Shown: positions 21,318 to 31,384 of the stretch, one piece after another
Position numbering within the stretch: the first letter of the stretch is position 1
Layout of the letters: each line of letters starts with the position of its first letter
Source: an uncultured Acidobacteriota bacterium
Lineage (GTDB): Bacteria; Acidobacteriota; Thermoanaerobaculia; Gp7-AA8
Assembly (NCBI GenBank): GCA_963822445.1
Contig: CAWGHO010000002.1
Coordinates: forward strand, 352,001-416,000
Length of the DNA stretch: 64,000 bases
Reading direction: 5' to 3'
Notes under the pieces: generated by a model
The model's input: the letters and a program-made list of their open reading frames with translations, nothing else
What the model was told of the DNA's origin: nothing
Database searches by the model: none
Made by a program: the position numbers and the translations under genes

Positions 21318-24300
21318 ATGTCTAAGCTTGGCAGGGTCCTGGTCGTTCTCCTCTTCGCGGTTCCTTCGTTTGCGCAGCTCGTCGTCACGCCCAGCAACAC
21401 GCAAGGGTGGACGTTCAACACGGCTGACAACGCGCCCGCGAACAATCCGTTGAATCCGCAACCGGCAGCCTTCCTGGCGCCGGGCTTTGAGACTCCTCCA
21501 CTCGGCAGCGGCAGTCTCCACCTCGCCACTGGAACCGACGGAGCCGACGTCGCGCAGGCGCGCCAGCCCGGTTACAACCTCGTCCGCCTCGACCAACTCA
21601 CCGCGCTTACCTACGCCACCTACACCGAGGTTGACGGCTCCGGCGACCAGTCGCCCTACCTGATCCTGAACATCGACTACAACGGGGACACCACCCTCGA
21701 TGATCAGATCTTCTTCGAGCCGGCCTATCAAAGCGCCGCATTCTTCCCGTCCAATCCTCAAGGCCCGCTCGTCGACGACACGTGGCAACAATGGGACGCT
21801 CTGAATGGCGGGTGGTGGTCGCTGAACAACATCTGCTTGGCCGGCCCAGGCGCGAACGTGAAAAGCATCGCCACGTACCTGACCTGTCAGCCGAATGCGC
21901 GGATCCTCAACAGTGGGTCAGGCCTTGGTGGCGTCCGCATCGTTACGGGCTTCGGTGCCGGCGCCTGGGACGACTTCCTCGGCGCCGCCGACAACTTCAC
22001 CATCGGCGTCTCCGGCGTCAACACCACGTACGACTTCGAGCCCGCGGCGGCAAACGTCGTCACGGTGACCATTCCCACGCCTGACGGCTGGACGTTCCAG
22101 GTCGTCGATGACGACACCGATACCGTCACCACGGGCACGATCAACATCGTTCCCGGCCCGGGGACACCGCCAATGGGCGACGGCAGCATCGAGTTCGTCC
22201 TCGGCACCGAAGGCGAGGACGGCGTGCAGGCCCGTAACAATGTGTACGACGGCCAGTTCATTCGCGACCTCGGAGAGCTCACCTACAGCACCTATGTCCA
22301 GACGCCCGGATCGGGCGGCCAGGCGCCGTACATTATTTTCGACATCGATCTGAACAACGACGGCGTTCGTGACGACCTCTGGTTCTTCGAGCCCGTTTAT
22401 CAGGACGGCACGTTCTGTCCCGAGAATCCGCAGGCCACCGTTGCCGTCGGCGCTTGGCAAACCTGGGATGCGGCGGGCGGCTGCTGGTATTCGCTTTTCG
22501 GCACCGCCGGCACCGGCCCGGGTGCCAACGTCGCACCGTTGTCCGTGCTCCTCGCCGCCGAACCGGACGCGCGTCTTTCGGCCAACATCGCCGGCGGCTC
22601 GTTGCGCATCGTCACCGGCTTCGGCGACCTCGCCTGGGACAACTTCGTCGGCAACGCCGACGCGCTCACCGTCTCCTTCCTGAGCACCGCCACCACCTAC
22701 GACTTCGAACCCGTCCCGACGATCATCATCAGCGATCTAGCCCAGCTCGAAGGCACCGGCGGCACGACGAACTTCGTCTTCAACCTCACCCTCTCCGAGC
22801 CCGTCAGCCAGACCGTCACCGTCGAGTACACGACCGCCGACGGAACGGCGACCGCCGCGGATCTCGATTACACGCCGGTGGTCGTCGCGGGCACGGCTAC
22901 CTTCACACCCGGGAGTACCGCGACCACCATCACCATCGTCGTCACCGCGGACAACAAGTTCGAGCTCGATGAAACGTTCTTCGTGAATCTCGCCAACCCC
23001 CAGTTCGCAACGATCGCCGACACGCAGGGCCAAGGAACGATTCAGAACGACGACGCCCAGCCGACGATCACCTTCACCAGCGACGTCGCGATGGCCGAAG
23101 GGAGCGGCGGCGGCACGACGAACTTCCCGTTCAACGTCACCCTCTCCAACCCGAGCTATCTGCCGATCACGGTCGACTTCACGACCAACGGCGTCACCGC
23201 GACCGAGGGCGTCGACTACACCGATGCCACCGGCACCCTGACATTCGTCCCCGGCGACACGGCCGAGGTGATCAACGTCGGCGTGGCCGCGGACACGGTC
23301 TTCGAGCCCGACGAAACATTCACCGTCGACCTTTCCAACGCGACCAACGCGACGATCCTCGATCCGCAGGCAACCGGCACGATTCAAAACGATGACGTGC
23401 AGCCGACCATCGCCTTCCTCGCCGATGTAGCCATGGCCGAAGGAAACGCCGGGACGACGAACTTCGTCTTCACCGTCAATCTCAGCAACGCCAGCTCCCA
23501 GACCATCACCGTCAATTACACGACCAATCCGGGAACCGCCACCGAGGGAACCGACTACGTCGATGCCACGGGCACGCTGACGTTCGTTCCCGGCGATGTC
23601 TCCGAGACCATCACCGTACTGGTGAACGGCGACGTGATCTTCGAAGCGGATGAAACGTTCTTCGTCGATCTCTCCGCTCCCACCAACGCCACCATTACCG
23701 ACGCGCAGGGAATCGGCACGATTCAGAACGACGACGCGGTGCCTTCGATCCTGATCAACGACGTCGCTCAGGTCGAGACCAACGCCGGTACGACCAACTT
23801 CGTCTTCACGGTCACGCTCAACAACGCCAGCTCGCAGACGGTCACCGTGAACTACACGACCACTCCGGGCACGGCGACCGAGGGTACTGATTACACGGAT
23901 GCCACCGGCACGCTCACGTTCGTGCCTGGCGACGTCTCCGAGACCATCACCGTCCCGGTCATCGGCGACACGATCTTCGAAGGCGACGAGACGTTCTTCG
24001 TCGACCTGTCCGGCGCGACCAACGCCACGATCGGCGACCCGCAGGGCCTCGGCACGATCCAGAACGACGACGCCGTTCCGCAGATGATCATCAACGACGT
24101 GACGCAGTTCGAGGGCACCGGCGGCACGACCAACTTTGTCTTCACCGTCACGCTTCTCACCGCGTCGGGCTTCCCGGTGACGGTGAATTACACGACCAAC
24201 CCCGGCACCGCGACCGAAGGCGTCGATTACGCCGACAGCACCGGCATCCTGACCTTCGTCCCCGGTGACCTCACCGAGACGATCACCGTGGTCGTGACGG

Positions 24301-24860
24301 CCGACAGCAGCTTCGAGCCGGACGAGACGTTCTTCGTCGATCTCTCCGGTGCGACCGGTGCAACGATCCTCGACGCGCAAGGCCTGGGGACGATTCAGAA
24401 CGACGACGGACCGGTGGCCGACATGTCGATCACCAAGGTCGGCCCGGCCTTCACGCCGCGCGATCAGAACGTGACCTACACCATCACCGTCACCAACGCC
24501 GGCCCCGACACCGCGTCGAACGTGGTCGTCACCGACGTTCTCCCGGCTGGTACCACCTTCGTCTCGGCCACGCCGTCGCAGGGAAGCTGCTCCGGCACGA
24601 CCACCGTTACCTGCACCCTCGGCGCGATGCTCAGCGGCAGCAACGCAACGATTACGCTGGTCGTCACGCCGCCGTCCGCCGGTACGTTCACCAACACGGC
24701 GACGGTCACCAACACCCCTGAAGTCGATCCGACGCCTGGAAACAACGCCGGCACGCAGTTCACGGCGATCAGCTCCTCGGACATCCCCACGCTCAACGAG
24801 TGGATGCTCATGGCTCTCATGAGCGCGCTCCTGGCCCTGGCAGTGTTCAAATTGAAGTAG
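21318..24860 (+). CDS. Surface protein: two repeated N-terminal domains, five Calx-beta domains, DUF11, IPTL-CTERM sorting signal
   Basis: Five DETF.V.L...GTIQNDD repeats; ADMSITK..VTYTITVTNAGP; IPTLNEWMLMAL followed by TM and K. Confidence 0.88.
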   Translation: MSKLGRVLVVLLFAVPSFAQLVVTPSNTQGWTFNTADNAPANNPLNPQPAAFLAPGFETPPLGSGSLHLATGTDGADVAQARQPGYNLVRLDQLTALTYATYTEVDGSGDQSPYLILNIDYNGDTTLDDQIFFEPAYQSAAFFPSNPQGPLVDDTWQQWDALNGGWWSLNNICLAGPGANVKSIATYLTCQPNARILNSGSGLGGVRIVTGFGAGAWDDFLGAADNFTIGVSGVNTTYDFEPAAANVVTVTIPTPDGWTFQVVDDDTDTVTTGTINIVPGPGTPPMGDGSIEFVLGTEGEDGVQARNNVYDGQFIRDLGELTYSTYVQTPGSGGQAPYIIFDIDLNNDGVRDDLWFFEPVYQDGTFCPENPQATVAVGAWQTWDAAGGCWYSLFGTAGTGPGANVAPLSVLLAAEPDARLSANIAGGSLRIVTGFGDLAWDNFVGNADALTVSFLSTATTYDFEPVPTIIISDLAQLEGTGGTTNFVFNLTLSEPVSQTVTVEYTTADGTATAADLDYTPVVVAGTATFTPGSTATTITIVVTADNKFELDETFFVNLANPQFATIADTQGQGTIQNDDAQPTITFTSDVAMAEGSGGGTTNFPFNVTLSNPSYLPITVDFTTNGVTATEGVDYTDATGTLTFVPGDTAEVINVGVAADTVFEPDETFTVDLSNATNATILDPQATGTIQNDDVQPTIAFLADVAMAEGNAGTTNFVFTVNLSNASSQTITVNYTTNPGTATEGTDYVDATGTLTFVPGDVSETITVLVNGDVIFEADETFFVDLSAPTNATITDAQGIGTIQNDDAVPSILINDVAQVETNAGTTNFVFTVTLNNASSQTVTVNYTTTPGTATEGTDYTDATGTLTFVPGDVSETITVPVIGDTIFEGDETFFVDLSGATNATIGDPQGLGTIQNDDAVPQMIINDVTQFEGTGGTTNFVFTVTLLTASGFPVTVNYTTNPGTATEGVDYADSTGILTFVPGDLTETITVVVTADSSFEPDETFFVDLSGATGATILDAQGLGTIQNDDGPVADMSITKVGPAFTPRDQNVTYTITVTNAGPDTASNVVVTDVLPAGTTFVSATPSQGSCSGTTTVTCTLGAMLSGSNATITLVVTPPSAGTFTNTATVTNTPEVDPTPGNNAGTQFTAISSSDIPTLNEWMLMALMSALLALAVFKLK

Positions 24861-25660
24861 TGCTTCTCTGCACCGTTCGTGATTGCCGGCAGCCGCTGTT
24901 CCGAAAGGAACAGCGGCTGTCGTGTTCTAACGGCCATTCCTTCGACGTGGCCCGCAGCGGCTACATCAATCTTCTGCAGCCCCAGGATCGCCGCTCCAAA
25001 ACGCCCGGCGACACGCCGGAAGCCGTCGCGGCGCGGCGGCGATTTCTCGATCGTGGATTCGCCGAGCCGCTCGTGCAGCGAATCGTCGAGGCATTGCCGC
25101 TCGCGAAAAACGACACTCTTCTCGATGCCGGTTGCGGCGAAGGCCACCATCTCGGCGCCTTCCGTCGCGCGTACGGCGTCGACGCTCACGGCGTGGACAT
25201 CTCCGTTCCGGCGATCGAGGCCGCCGCGAAGCGTTATCGCGATTGCACGTGGATCGTGGCGAATGCCGACCGCTTTCTGCCGTACGCCGACGGTTCCTTC
25301 ACCGCGGTGGCCACGATCACCGCTCGGCTGAATCCGGAGGAGTTCCGCCGCGTCCTCGCGCCGCACGGAAAGCTGCTGGTGGTGATACCCGGCGCCGACG
25401 ATCTGGTCGAGCTGCGCGAAGCAATCCTCGGCGACCGCGTCGAACGCGACCGCGCCGAGCGGACGGTCGAGATGTTCGCGCCGCAATTCGCGCTTCTCCG
25501 CCATGAGCGGGTCGCGCACGCGGTCCGGCTCGATCGCGAGGCAATGCTCGACGTGATGTCGTCGTCCTATCGCGGTTTGCGTGTTCGCGAGCGGGAGAGA
25601 CTCGAACAGCTCGAGGCGATGGATGTGACGCTAGCGCGGGATGTATTGATTTTCGGGTGA
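24860..25660 (+). CDS. RlmA-like SAM-dependent methyltransferase
   Basis: Zn-finger CTVRDC..CSNGHSFDVARSGYINLL, LDAGCGEG. Confidence 0.85.
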   Translation: MLLCTVRDCRQPLFRKEQRLSCSNGHSFDVARSGYINLLQPQDRRSKTPGDTPEAVAARRRFLDRGFAEPLVQRIVEALPLAKNDTLLDAGCGEGHHLGAFRRAYGVDAHGVDISVPAIEAAAKRYRDCTWIVANADRFLPYADGSFTAVATITARLNPEEFRRVLAPHGKLLVVIPGADDLVELREAILGDRVERDRAERTVEMFAPQFALLRHERVAHAVRLDREAMLDVMSSSYRGLRVRERERLEQLEAMDVTLARDVLIFG

Positions 25661-26011
25661 ATCGCCCGACGGATACACGCGCATCATCCCGATCAACGAG
25701 ACGATCCACGCCGGAATGAACAGGCGCCAGTCGCGCCCGAGAAACGCGGCCATCAGACCGAAGATCGCGCAGGACTCGAAGATCGCCAGGGCGATGATCA
25801 TCTTCAGCCGGGCGGGCGCGCGCATCAGACGCGGCAGAACGAAACCGGCGATGAATGCGGCGAGGACAAAGCCGTAAAGCACGAGCGTGTACGGCTGTCT
25901 CAGCGCAACCTCGAAGGCGTTCGGCCGCTCGCGCAGAACCATGTACGCCATGGCGGCGTAAATCACCGTGCTGAACACCATCGCGGCCCAGAGCACCTTG
26001 TCGATCTTCAT
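25631..26011 (-). CDS. Small membrane protein
   Basis: Four hydrophobic segments; TAGAAT box just upstream of the ATG. Confidence 0.7.
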   Translation of the reverse strand: MKIDKVLWAAMVFSTVIYAAMAYMVLRERPNAFEVALRQPYTLVLYGFVLAAFIAGFVLPRLMRAPARLKMIIALAIFESCAIFGLMAAFLGRDWRLFIPAWIVSLIGMMRVYPSGDSPENQYIPR

Positions 26012-26017
26012 GGCCGC

Positions 26018-26033
26018 GATTCTACGTAGAATC
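26018..26033. promoter_or_regulatory. Perfect palindrome giving back-to-back TAGAAT -10 boxes for two divergent genes
   Basis: GATTCTACGTAGAATC; 7 nt to ATG 26011(-) and 6 nt to ATG 26039(+). Confidence 0.65.
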
Positions 26034-26038
26034 CAGCG

Positions 26039-26836
26039 ATGCGCCGCCAACTCGCTCTTCTGTCCGTACTGCTTTTCTGCGCATGCGCGACCACGCGCGG
26101 GGTCGATCTCGCCTCCGCGGAACTGATCGATCTCACCCACACCTACGACGATCAGACGCTGTACTGGCCATCCTCACCGCCGGCGCGGTTCGAGCTGAAG
26201 GAGCTCGCGTACGGCCGGACGCCGGGCGGCTACTTCTACTCGTCGTACGCGGTCTGCACGCCGGAGCACGGCGGTACGCACATGGACGCTCCGATTCATT
26301 TCGCCGAAGGACGCAGGACCGCCGATCAGATTCCGCTCAGTCAGCTGATCGCACCGGCCGTGGTGATCGACGTCGCCGCGAAAGCAGCAGCGGACGCCGA
26401 TTACCGCCTGACCGCCGCCGACGTGCGTGACTGGGAACAGCGCCACGGAACGATCGCCGCGGGCACGATCGTCCTGCTGCGCACGGGCTGGAGCAAGCGC
26501 TGGCCGGACCGGCTCGCCTACTTCGGCGACGGCAGCACGACCTCCTCCGCGAACCTGCACTTCCCCTCGTACGGCGAAGACGCGGCACGCCTGCTCGTGA
26601 CCGAGCGCCGCGTGGCCGCGATCGGCGTCGACACGGCCAGCATCGACTACGGCGCGTCGAAGGACTTCATCGTTCACCAGATCGCGAACGGCGCGGACGT
26701 TCCCGGCCTCGAGAACATCACCAACCTCGAGCGCGTGCCCACGCGGGGCGCGTGGATCATCGCCTTGCCGATGAAGATCGGACGAGGCTCAGGCGCGCCG
26801 GTCCGGATCGTCGCCGCCGTGCCGCGGGCTGAGTGA
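26039..26836 (+). CDS. Cyclase-family (kynurenine formamidase-like) metal hydrolase, probable lipoprotein
   Basis: EHGGTHMDAPIHF, VLLRTGW, GVDTASID, GSGAPVR. Confidence 0.88.
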   Translation: MRRQLALLSVLLFCACATTRGVDLASAELIDLTHTYDDQTLYWPSSPPARFELKELAYGRTPGGYFYSSYAVCTPEHGGTHMDAPIHFAEGRRTADQIPLSQLIAPAVVIDVAAKAAADADYRLTAADVRDWEQRHGTIAAGTIVLLRTGWSKRWPDRLAYFGDGSTTSSANLHFPSYGEDAARLLVTERRVAAIGVDTASIDYGASKDFIVHQIANGADVPGLENITNLERVPTRGAWIIALPMKIGRGSGAPVRIVAAVPRAE

Positions 26837-27046
26837 GATGAGCTCGGACTTGCGGTAAAGCACTCCGACCGCGAGCCCCGCCGCTGGAAGAAGCGCATAC
26901 GGCGAGCGGGTCGCCAGGAAAAGCCAGATCGCCAATGCCACGGCGATCACCAGGGCGATCGCAATCCCGATCCGGCCGGCGAGCCGCGCCACGCGCCCCA
27001 TCGCGACGCCGATGAACGCGGCGAGCGCGATGAGTAGCGATGGCAT
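26789..27046 (-). CDS. Small membrane protein
   Basis: Three hydrophobic segments downstream of msrAB. Confidence 0.5.
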   Translation of the reverse strand: MPSLLIALAAFIGVAMGRVARLAGRIGIAIALVIAVALAIWLFLATRSPYALLPAAGLAVGVLYRKSELISLSPRHGGDDPDRRA

Positions 27047-27097
27047 CCAACTGCCGAAAAGCGTTCGGATCTCGGCCTCGCCGGCCGCCTTACCCTT

Positions 27098-28159
27098 TCA
27101 GTCACCGTCGAATTTCACCGGCCGGATGTAGTGGCAGGTGTATCCGTTCGGATTCTTCTGCAGGTAATCCTGGTGATAGTCCTCCGCGGTCCAGAACTCC
27201 TTCGCCGAAACGATCTCCGTCACGACAGGACGCTTCCAGGCGCCGGACTTGTCGACTTTCGCTTTCATCTTCTCCGCGGCCTGACGCTGTTCGTCGCTGT
27301 GGACGAAGATCGCCGAGCGGTACGACGTGCCGATGTCGTTGCCCTGCCGGTTGAGCGTGGTCGGGTCGTGGATCTTGAAGAAGAACTCGAGGATCTCCTC
27401 GTACTTGATCCGCGACGGGTCGAACGTGATCTCGATCGCCTCGGCATGCCCTTCGTGATTCTGGTACGTCGCGTTCTTGACCGAGCCGCCGGTGTAGCCG
27501 ACGGTCGTGTCGGTGACGCCCGGCAGCTGGCGGATCAGTTCCTCGACGCCCCAGAAGCAGCCGCCGGCGAGGGTGGCCTTCTCCAGGCGGGCGCCTTTGA
27601 CGGCCGTCTTCTCGAACAGCGGCTTGTAGCGGCCGTAGCCCTCGGCCTCGAGCTTGTCGACGGGGATGAACCGCATCGACGCGGAGTTCATGCAGTAGCG
27701 CAGGCCGGTCGGTGCCGGGCCGTCGTCGAAGACGTGGCCGAGGTGGGAGTTCGCGGTTTTCGAGCGGACTTCGGTGCGGACCATGAAGAGCTTGCGGTCC
27801 TTGACCTCGGTAACATTCGCGGGCTCGAGCGGGCGGGTGAAGCTCGGCCAGCCCGTGCCGGAGTCGAACTTGTCGAGCGACGAGAACAGCGGCTCGCCGG
27901 AGACCACGTCGACGTAGATGCCGGCCTCGTGGTTGTTCCAGTACTCGTTCCGGAAGGGAGGCTCCGTCGCGTCGTTCTGGGTGACGTCGTACTGCAGCGG
28001 TGTGAGTTTCTTCCGAAGCTCGTCGTCGGACGGCTTGGCGGGGGCGGTCATCTTGCCTCCTTTGGCGTCATTCGCGGCTGAGAGGGGCGCTGACTGCGAT
28101 TGCACGCAGCCCGCGAGAAAGAGGATCAAGGCAAAACTGAAGAGTCTCCGTGGGTTCAC
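27098..28159 (-). CDS. msrAB: Bifunctional methionine sulfoxide reductase MsrB-MsrA, probable lipoprotein
   Basis: [23 protein letters not shown] (MsrB); [14 protein letters not shown] (MsrA); GTG start with AGGAGG RBS and LAGC lipobox. Confidence 0.93.
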   Translation of the reverse strand: MNPRRLFSFALILFLAGCVQSQSAPLSAANDAKGGKMTAPAKPSDDELRKKLTPLQYDVTQNDATEPPFRNEYWNNHEAGIYVDVVSGEPLFSSLDKFDSGTGWPSFTRPLEPANVTEVKDRKLFMVRTEVRSKTANSHLGHVFDDGPAPTGLRYCMNSASMRFIPVDKLEAEGYGRYKPLFEKTAVKGARLEKATLAGGCFWGVEELIRQLPGVTDTTVGYTGGSVKNATYQNHEGHAEAIEITFDPSRIKYEEILEFFFKIHDPTTLNRQGNDIGTSYRSAIFVHSDEQRQAAEKMKAKVDKSGAWKRPVVTEIVSAKEFWTAEDYHQDYLQKNPNGYTCHYIRPVKFDGD

Positions 28160-28205
28160 CGCAAATGCCTCCTGGCGTTCGAAAACGGCATCGCCTGCAC
28201 TGATA

Positions 28206-28235
28206 TTCGATGCTGCCGGGTAGGCAATGGTTTCG
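28206..28235 (-). promoter_or_regulatory. Candidate ECF promoter CGAAACC-N15-GCATCGAA upstream of msrAB
   Basis: Same two boxes occur at 55431-55459. Confidence 0.55.
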
Positions 28236-28322
28236 ACAAGCGTGATCCGGCTCACGCGGGGCCGGCAAAACTCTCATCCTCCGCCACATTTGCGCCGCAA
28301 ACGCCGCTCAGATTGAGTGGCC

Positions 28323-29867
28323 ATGAAACGGATTTTCCTCTCGCTCCTGATCGCGGCCGCCGCCACGGCCCAGACCATCGAAATTCCCCCGGCGACCCCT
28401 GCCGGACGTCAGCTCCAGGCCCACCTCGCCCACGGCGCCGACATGCATGTTTTCAACGTCTATGCCCCGGCCGGCTACCACCTGCTCTGGTCGCGCGACG
28501 GCCGCCCGACTGCTCAGGCCCAGGCGGTGATCGCGCTGATGAGAGCCGCCGACGCAAAGGCGCTCGACCCGAGCCGCTACCACTTCGTTGCGAACGATCC
28601 GGTGACGTTCGACGTCAGCCTGACCTCGAGCCTCATCCGCTACGCCTCCGACCTCCGCATCGGCCGCGTCCATCCGACCGCTCAGTTCGACCTCGATGCC
28701 GACGCGAAACAGGTTTACCTCCCCGGGCTGGTCATGCGCGTGAGCGAAGCTGCCGATCCGGTCGCGCTCCTCACCGCCCTCGAGCCGCAAACCGTCGAAT
28801 ACCGCCAGCTGCTCGCCGCGCTGGCCAACTGGCGCCGCATCGCCGCGGAATCGGCAAATGAGCCGGCGCTGCCGGCGGTGGCGAAGCTCGCGACCGGCGA
28901 CACGTACGCCGCGTTGCCGCAGCTGACCGCCCGCCTCCGCCGTTTCGGCGACCTCACCGTCGATTACGAAGGCACGATTTACGACGGTGCAATCGTCGAG
29001 GCGGTCAAGCGCTTCCAGTCGCGCCACGGCCTCGAGGCCGACGGCGTCATCAGCACCCGCACCTTCGCCGCGCTCAACGTGCCCGCTTCGCAACGCGTGA
29101 AGCAGATCGAATGGTCGCTCGAGCGGTCCCGCTGGATATCCGCGCAGAACGAAGGGCCGTCGATCGTGGTGAACATCCCCGAGTTCCGTCTGACCGCGCG
29201 CAATGCGAAAGGCGAGACGCTGGAGATGCGCGTCGTGGTCGGCCGCGCGTCACGCAACGAGACTCCGGTGTTCGAAGGCGACCTGCGCACGGTCGTGTTC
29301 CGCCCGTCGTGGAGCGTGCCGATGAGCATCCAGCGCGGCGAGATCGCGCCGAAGCTGGAGAAGGACCCGACGTACCTTGCGCGCAACAACTACGAGATCA
29401 CCGACGGCACTACGACGATCGATGCCGAGACCATCAACCGCATCCGCACCGGTGCGCTCCGCATCCGCCAGAAACCGGGCACCGCGAACGCCCTGGGGCT
29501 GGTGAAGTTCTTCTTCCCCAACGACAACAACGTCTACCTGCACTCGACCCCGCAGCAATTGCTCTTCGCGCGGTCGCGGCGCGACTTCAGCCACGGCTGC
29601 ATCCGCGTCGAGGATCCCGAAGCGCTCGCGGCGTTCGTGCTGGGCTGGACGCCGGAGAAAGTCCGCGCGGCAATGAACGGCAAGCGCGACGACAACTACG
29701 TGAAGCTCGCCCAGTCCGTGAACGTGCGCATCCTCTACGCGACCGCGGTGGCCCGTGCGAACGGCGAGGTGCACTTCTTCGACGACATCTACGGCCACGA
29801 CGTGGAACTGGCGCGGGTCCTCGCGCCGCGGACGAAAACTGCAGCCGCCGTGGTTGCTGCCAAGTAG
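28323..29867 (+). CDS. L,D-transpeptidase (YcbB/LdtD-like) with peptidoglycan-binding domain
   Basis: AVKRFQSRHGL, VNIPEF, YLHSTP, SHGCIRV. Confidence 0.92.
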   Translation: MKRIFLSLLIAAAATAQTIEIPPATPAGRQLQAHLAHGADMHVFNVYAPAGYHLLWSRDGRPTAQAQAVIALMRAADAKALDPSRYHFVANDPVTFDVSLTSSLIRYASDLRIGRVHPTAQFDLDADAKQVYLPGLVMRVSEAADPVALLTALEPQTVEYRQLLAALANWRRIAAESANEPALPAVAKLATGDTYAALPQLTARLRRFGDLTVDYEGTIYDGAIVEAVKRFQSRHGLEADGVISTRTFAALNVPASQRVKQIEWSLERSRWISAQNEGPSIVVNIPEFRLTARNAKGETLEMRVVVGRASRNETPVFEGDLRTVVFRPSWSVPMSIQRGEIAPKLEKDPTYLARNNYEITDGTTTIDAETINRIRTGALRIRQKPGTANALGLVKFFFPNDNNVYLHSTPQQLLFARSRRDFSHGCIRVEDPEALAAFVLGWTPEKVRAAMNGKRDDNYVKLAQSVNVRILYATAVARANGEVHFFDDIYGHDVELARVLAPRTKTAAAVVAAK

Positions 29868-30030
29868 CAAGAGGGAACGACGAGAGGCCTCCGGCGGGCC
29901 GGCCCGGCCGGCAGCGCTGGTGTTGGCGTAAACGCGAGTTGCGCTAGCTACCGCGAGTTCGGCAGACGGCACAACCAGCGCTGCCGGCCCGTGGCCGGCC
30001 CGCCGGAGGCCTCTCGTCGTTCCCTGTTGC
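29867..30030. repeat. Long inverted repeat with ~55-bp arms (REPIN/MITE-like)
   Basis: AGGGAACGACGAGAGGCCTCCGGCGGGCCGGCC..GGCCGGCAGCGCTGGT mirrored at 29974-30030. Confidence 0.85.
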
Positions 30031-30060
30031 CCCGGCACACACACAGCGATAATGCCGCGC

Positions 30061-31377
30061 ATGCAAGAGCGCGACTATCCGGTCTGGAAGGTCATCGCCG
30101 CCGCTGCCGCAGGCACGATGATCGAGTGGTACGACTTCTACATCTTCGGCAGCCTCGCCGTGATCATGTCCGGGCAGTTCTTCCCCAAAGACAATCCCAC
30201 CGCCGGTTTTCTGCTCACACTGGCCACGTTCGCGACCGGCTTCGCCGTCCGTCCGTTCGGCGCGATCTTCTTCGGCCGCATCGGCGATCTGATCGGCCGC
30301 AAGTACGCGTTCCTGGTCACGCTGCTGATCATGGGCGGGGCGACGTTCATCATCGGCCTGCTGCCGACGTACGAGCAGATCGGTCTGGCCGCGCCGGTGA
30401 TCCTCGTCGTTCTGCGACTCCTGCAAGGCCTCGCGCTCGGCGGCGAGTACGGCGGCGCCGCGGTGTACGTCGCCGAGCACGTCCCCGACAACAAGCGCGG
30501 CTTCTACACGAGCTTCATCCAGACCACAGCCACCCTCGGCCTCTTCGTCTCGCTCGGCGTCATTCTGCTCGTTCGCACGTCGATGACCGAGGTTGCGTTC
30601 AAGAGCTGGGGATGGCGGATTCCGTATCTCCTCTCGATTCTGCTCGTGCTGATGTCGCTCTACATCCGCCTGCGATTGAAAGAGTCGCCGCTCTTCACGC
30701 AGCTCAAGAACGCGGGCAAGACGTCGACCGCTCCATTGCGCGACTCGCTCGGCAGCCGCCGCAACTGGAAGGTGATCTTCCTCGTCCTGTTCGGCGCGAC
30801 CGCGGGGCAGGCGGTGGTCTGGTACACGGGACAGTTCTACGCGCTGATCTTCCTGCAGAAGGAACTGGCTGTCGATTTCGTGAAGGCCAACGTCATCGTG
30901 GCCATCGCCCTGGCTCTGGCGACACCGTTCTTCATCGTCTTCGGCGCGCTGTCCGACCGCATCGGCCGCATGAAAATCATGATGGCCGGCAATCTCATCG
31001 CCGCGATCTCCTACTACCCGATCTACCAGGCCATGAAAGCGGCATCCGACCCCCTGCAGCCGGTGCTGATGACCGCGCTGGTTTTCATCCAGGTCATCTT
31101 CGTGACCATGGTGTACGGGCCGATCGCGGCGTTTCTGGTCGAAGCGTTCCCGGCGAAGATCCGCTACACGTCGCTGTCCCTGCCGTACCACATCGGCAAC
31201 GGCTGGTTCGGCGGTTTCACGCCGCTCATCGCGACCTCGCTCGTCGCGCGCACCGGTCACATTTACGCGGGACTCTGGTACCCGATCATCGTCGCCCTGA
31301 TGACCTTCGTCGTCGGCTCGCTCTTTCTGAAGGAATCGAAGGACGTGAAGATCTGGGACGAGGTGGACGCGGCTTAG
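30061..31377 (+). CDS. MFS transporter, metabolite:H+ symporter family
   Basis: IEWYDFYIFG, RPFGAIFFGRIGDLIGRK, GGEYGGA; ATG 30061 lies 7 nt after GATAAT (alternative start 30052). Confidence 0.92.
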   Translation: MQERDYPVWKVIAAAAAGTMIEWYDFYIFGSLAVIMSGQFFPKDNPTAGFLLTLATFATGFAVRPFGAIFFGRIGDLIGRKYAFLVTLLIMGGATFIIGLLPTYEQIGLAAPVILVVLRLLQGLALGGEYGGAAVYVAEHVPDNKRGFYTSFIQTTATLGLFVSLGVILLVRTSMTEVAFKSWGWRIPYLLSILLVLMSLYIRLRLKESPLFTQLKNAGKTSTAPLRDSLGSRRNWKVIFLVLFGATAGQAVVWYTGQFYALIFLQKELAVDFVKANVIVAIALALATPFFIVFGALSDRIGRMKIMMAGNLIAAISYYPIYQAMKAASDPLQPVLMTALVFIQVIFVTMVYGPIAAFLVEAFPAKIRYTSLSLPYHIGNGWFGGFTPLIATSLVARTGHIYAGLWYPIIVALMTFVVGSLFLKESKDVKIWDEVDAA

Positions 31378-31384
31378 CGGCCGG

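Noticed and set aside
22737-24380. Long antisense ORFs here and at 34703..36277, 29944..31503 and 56762..58213
   Set aside because: Expected from high-GC codon bias opposite real genes; no recognisable motifs.
22720-24410. DNA direct repeats suggesting a diversity-generating retroelement or mobile repeat
   Set aside because: Explained by five Calx-beta domains; no reverse transcriptase or adenine-specific mismatch pattern seen.
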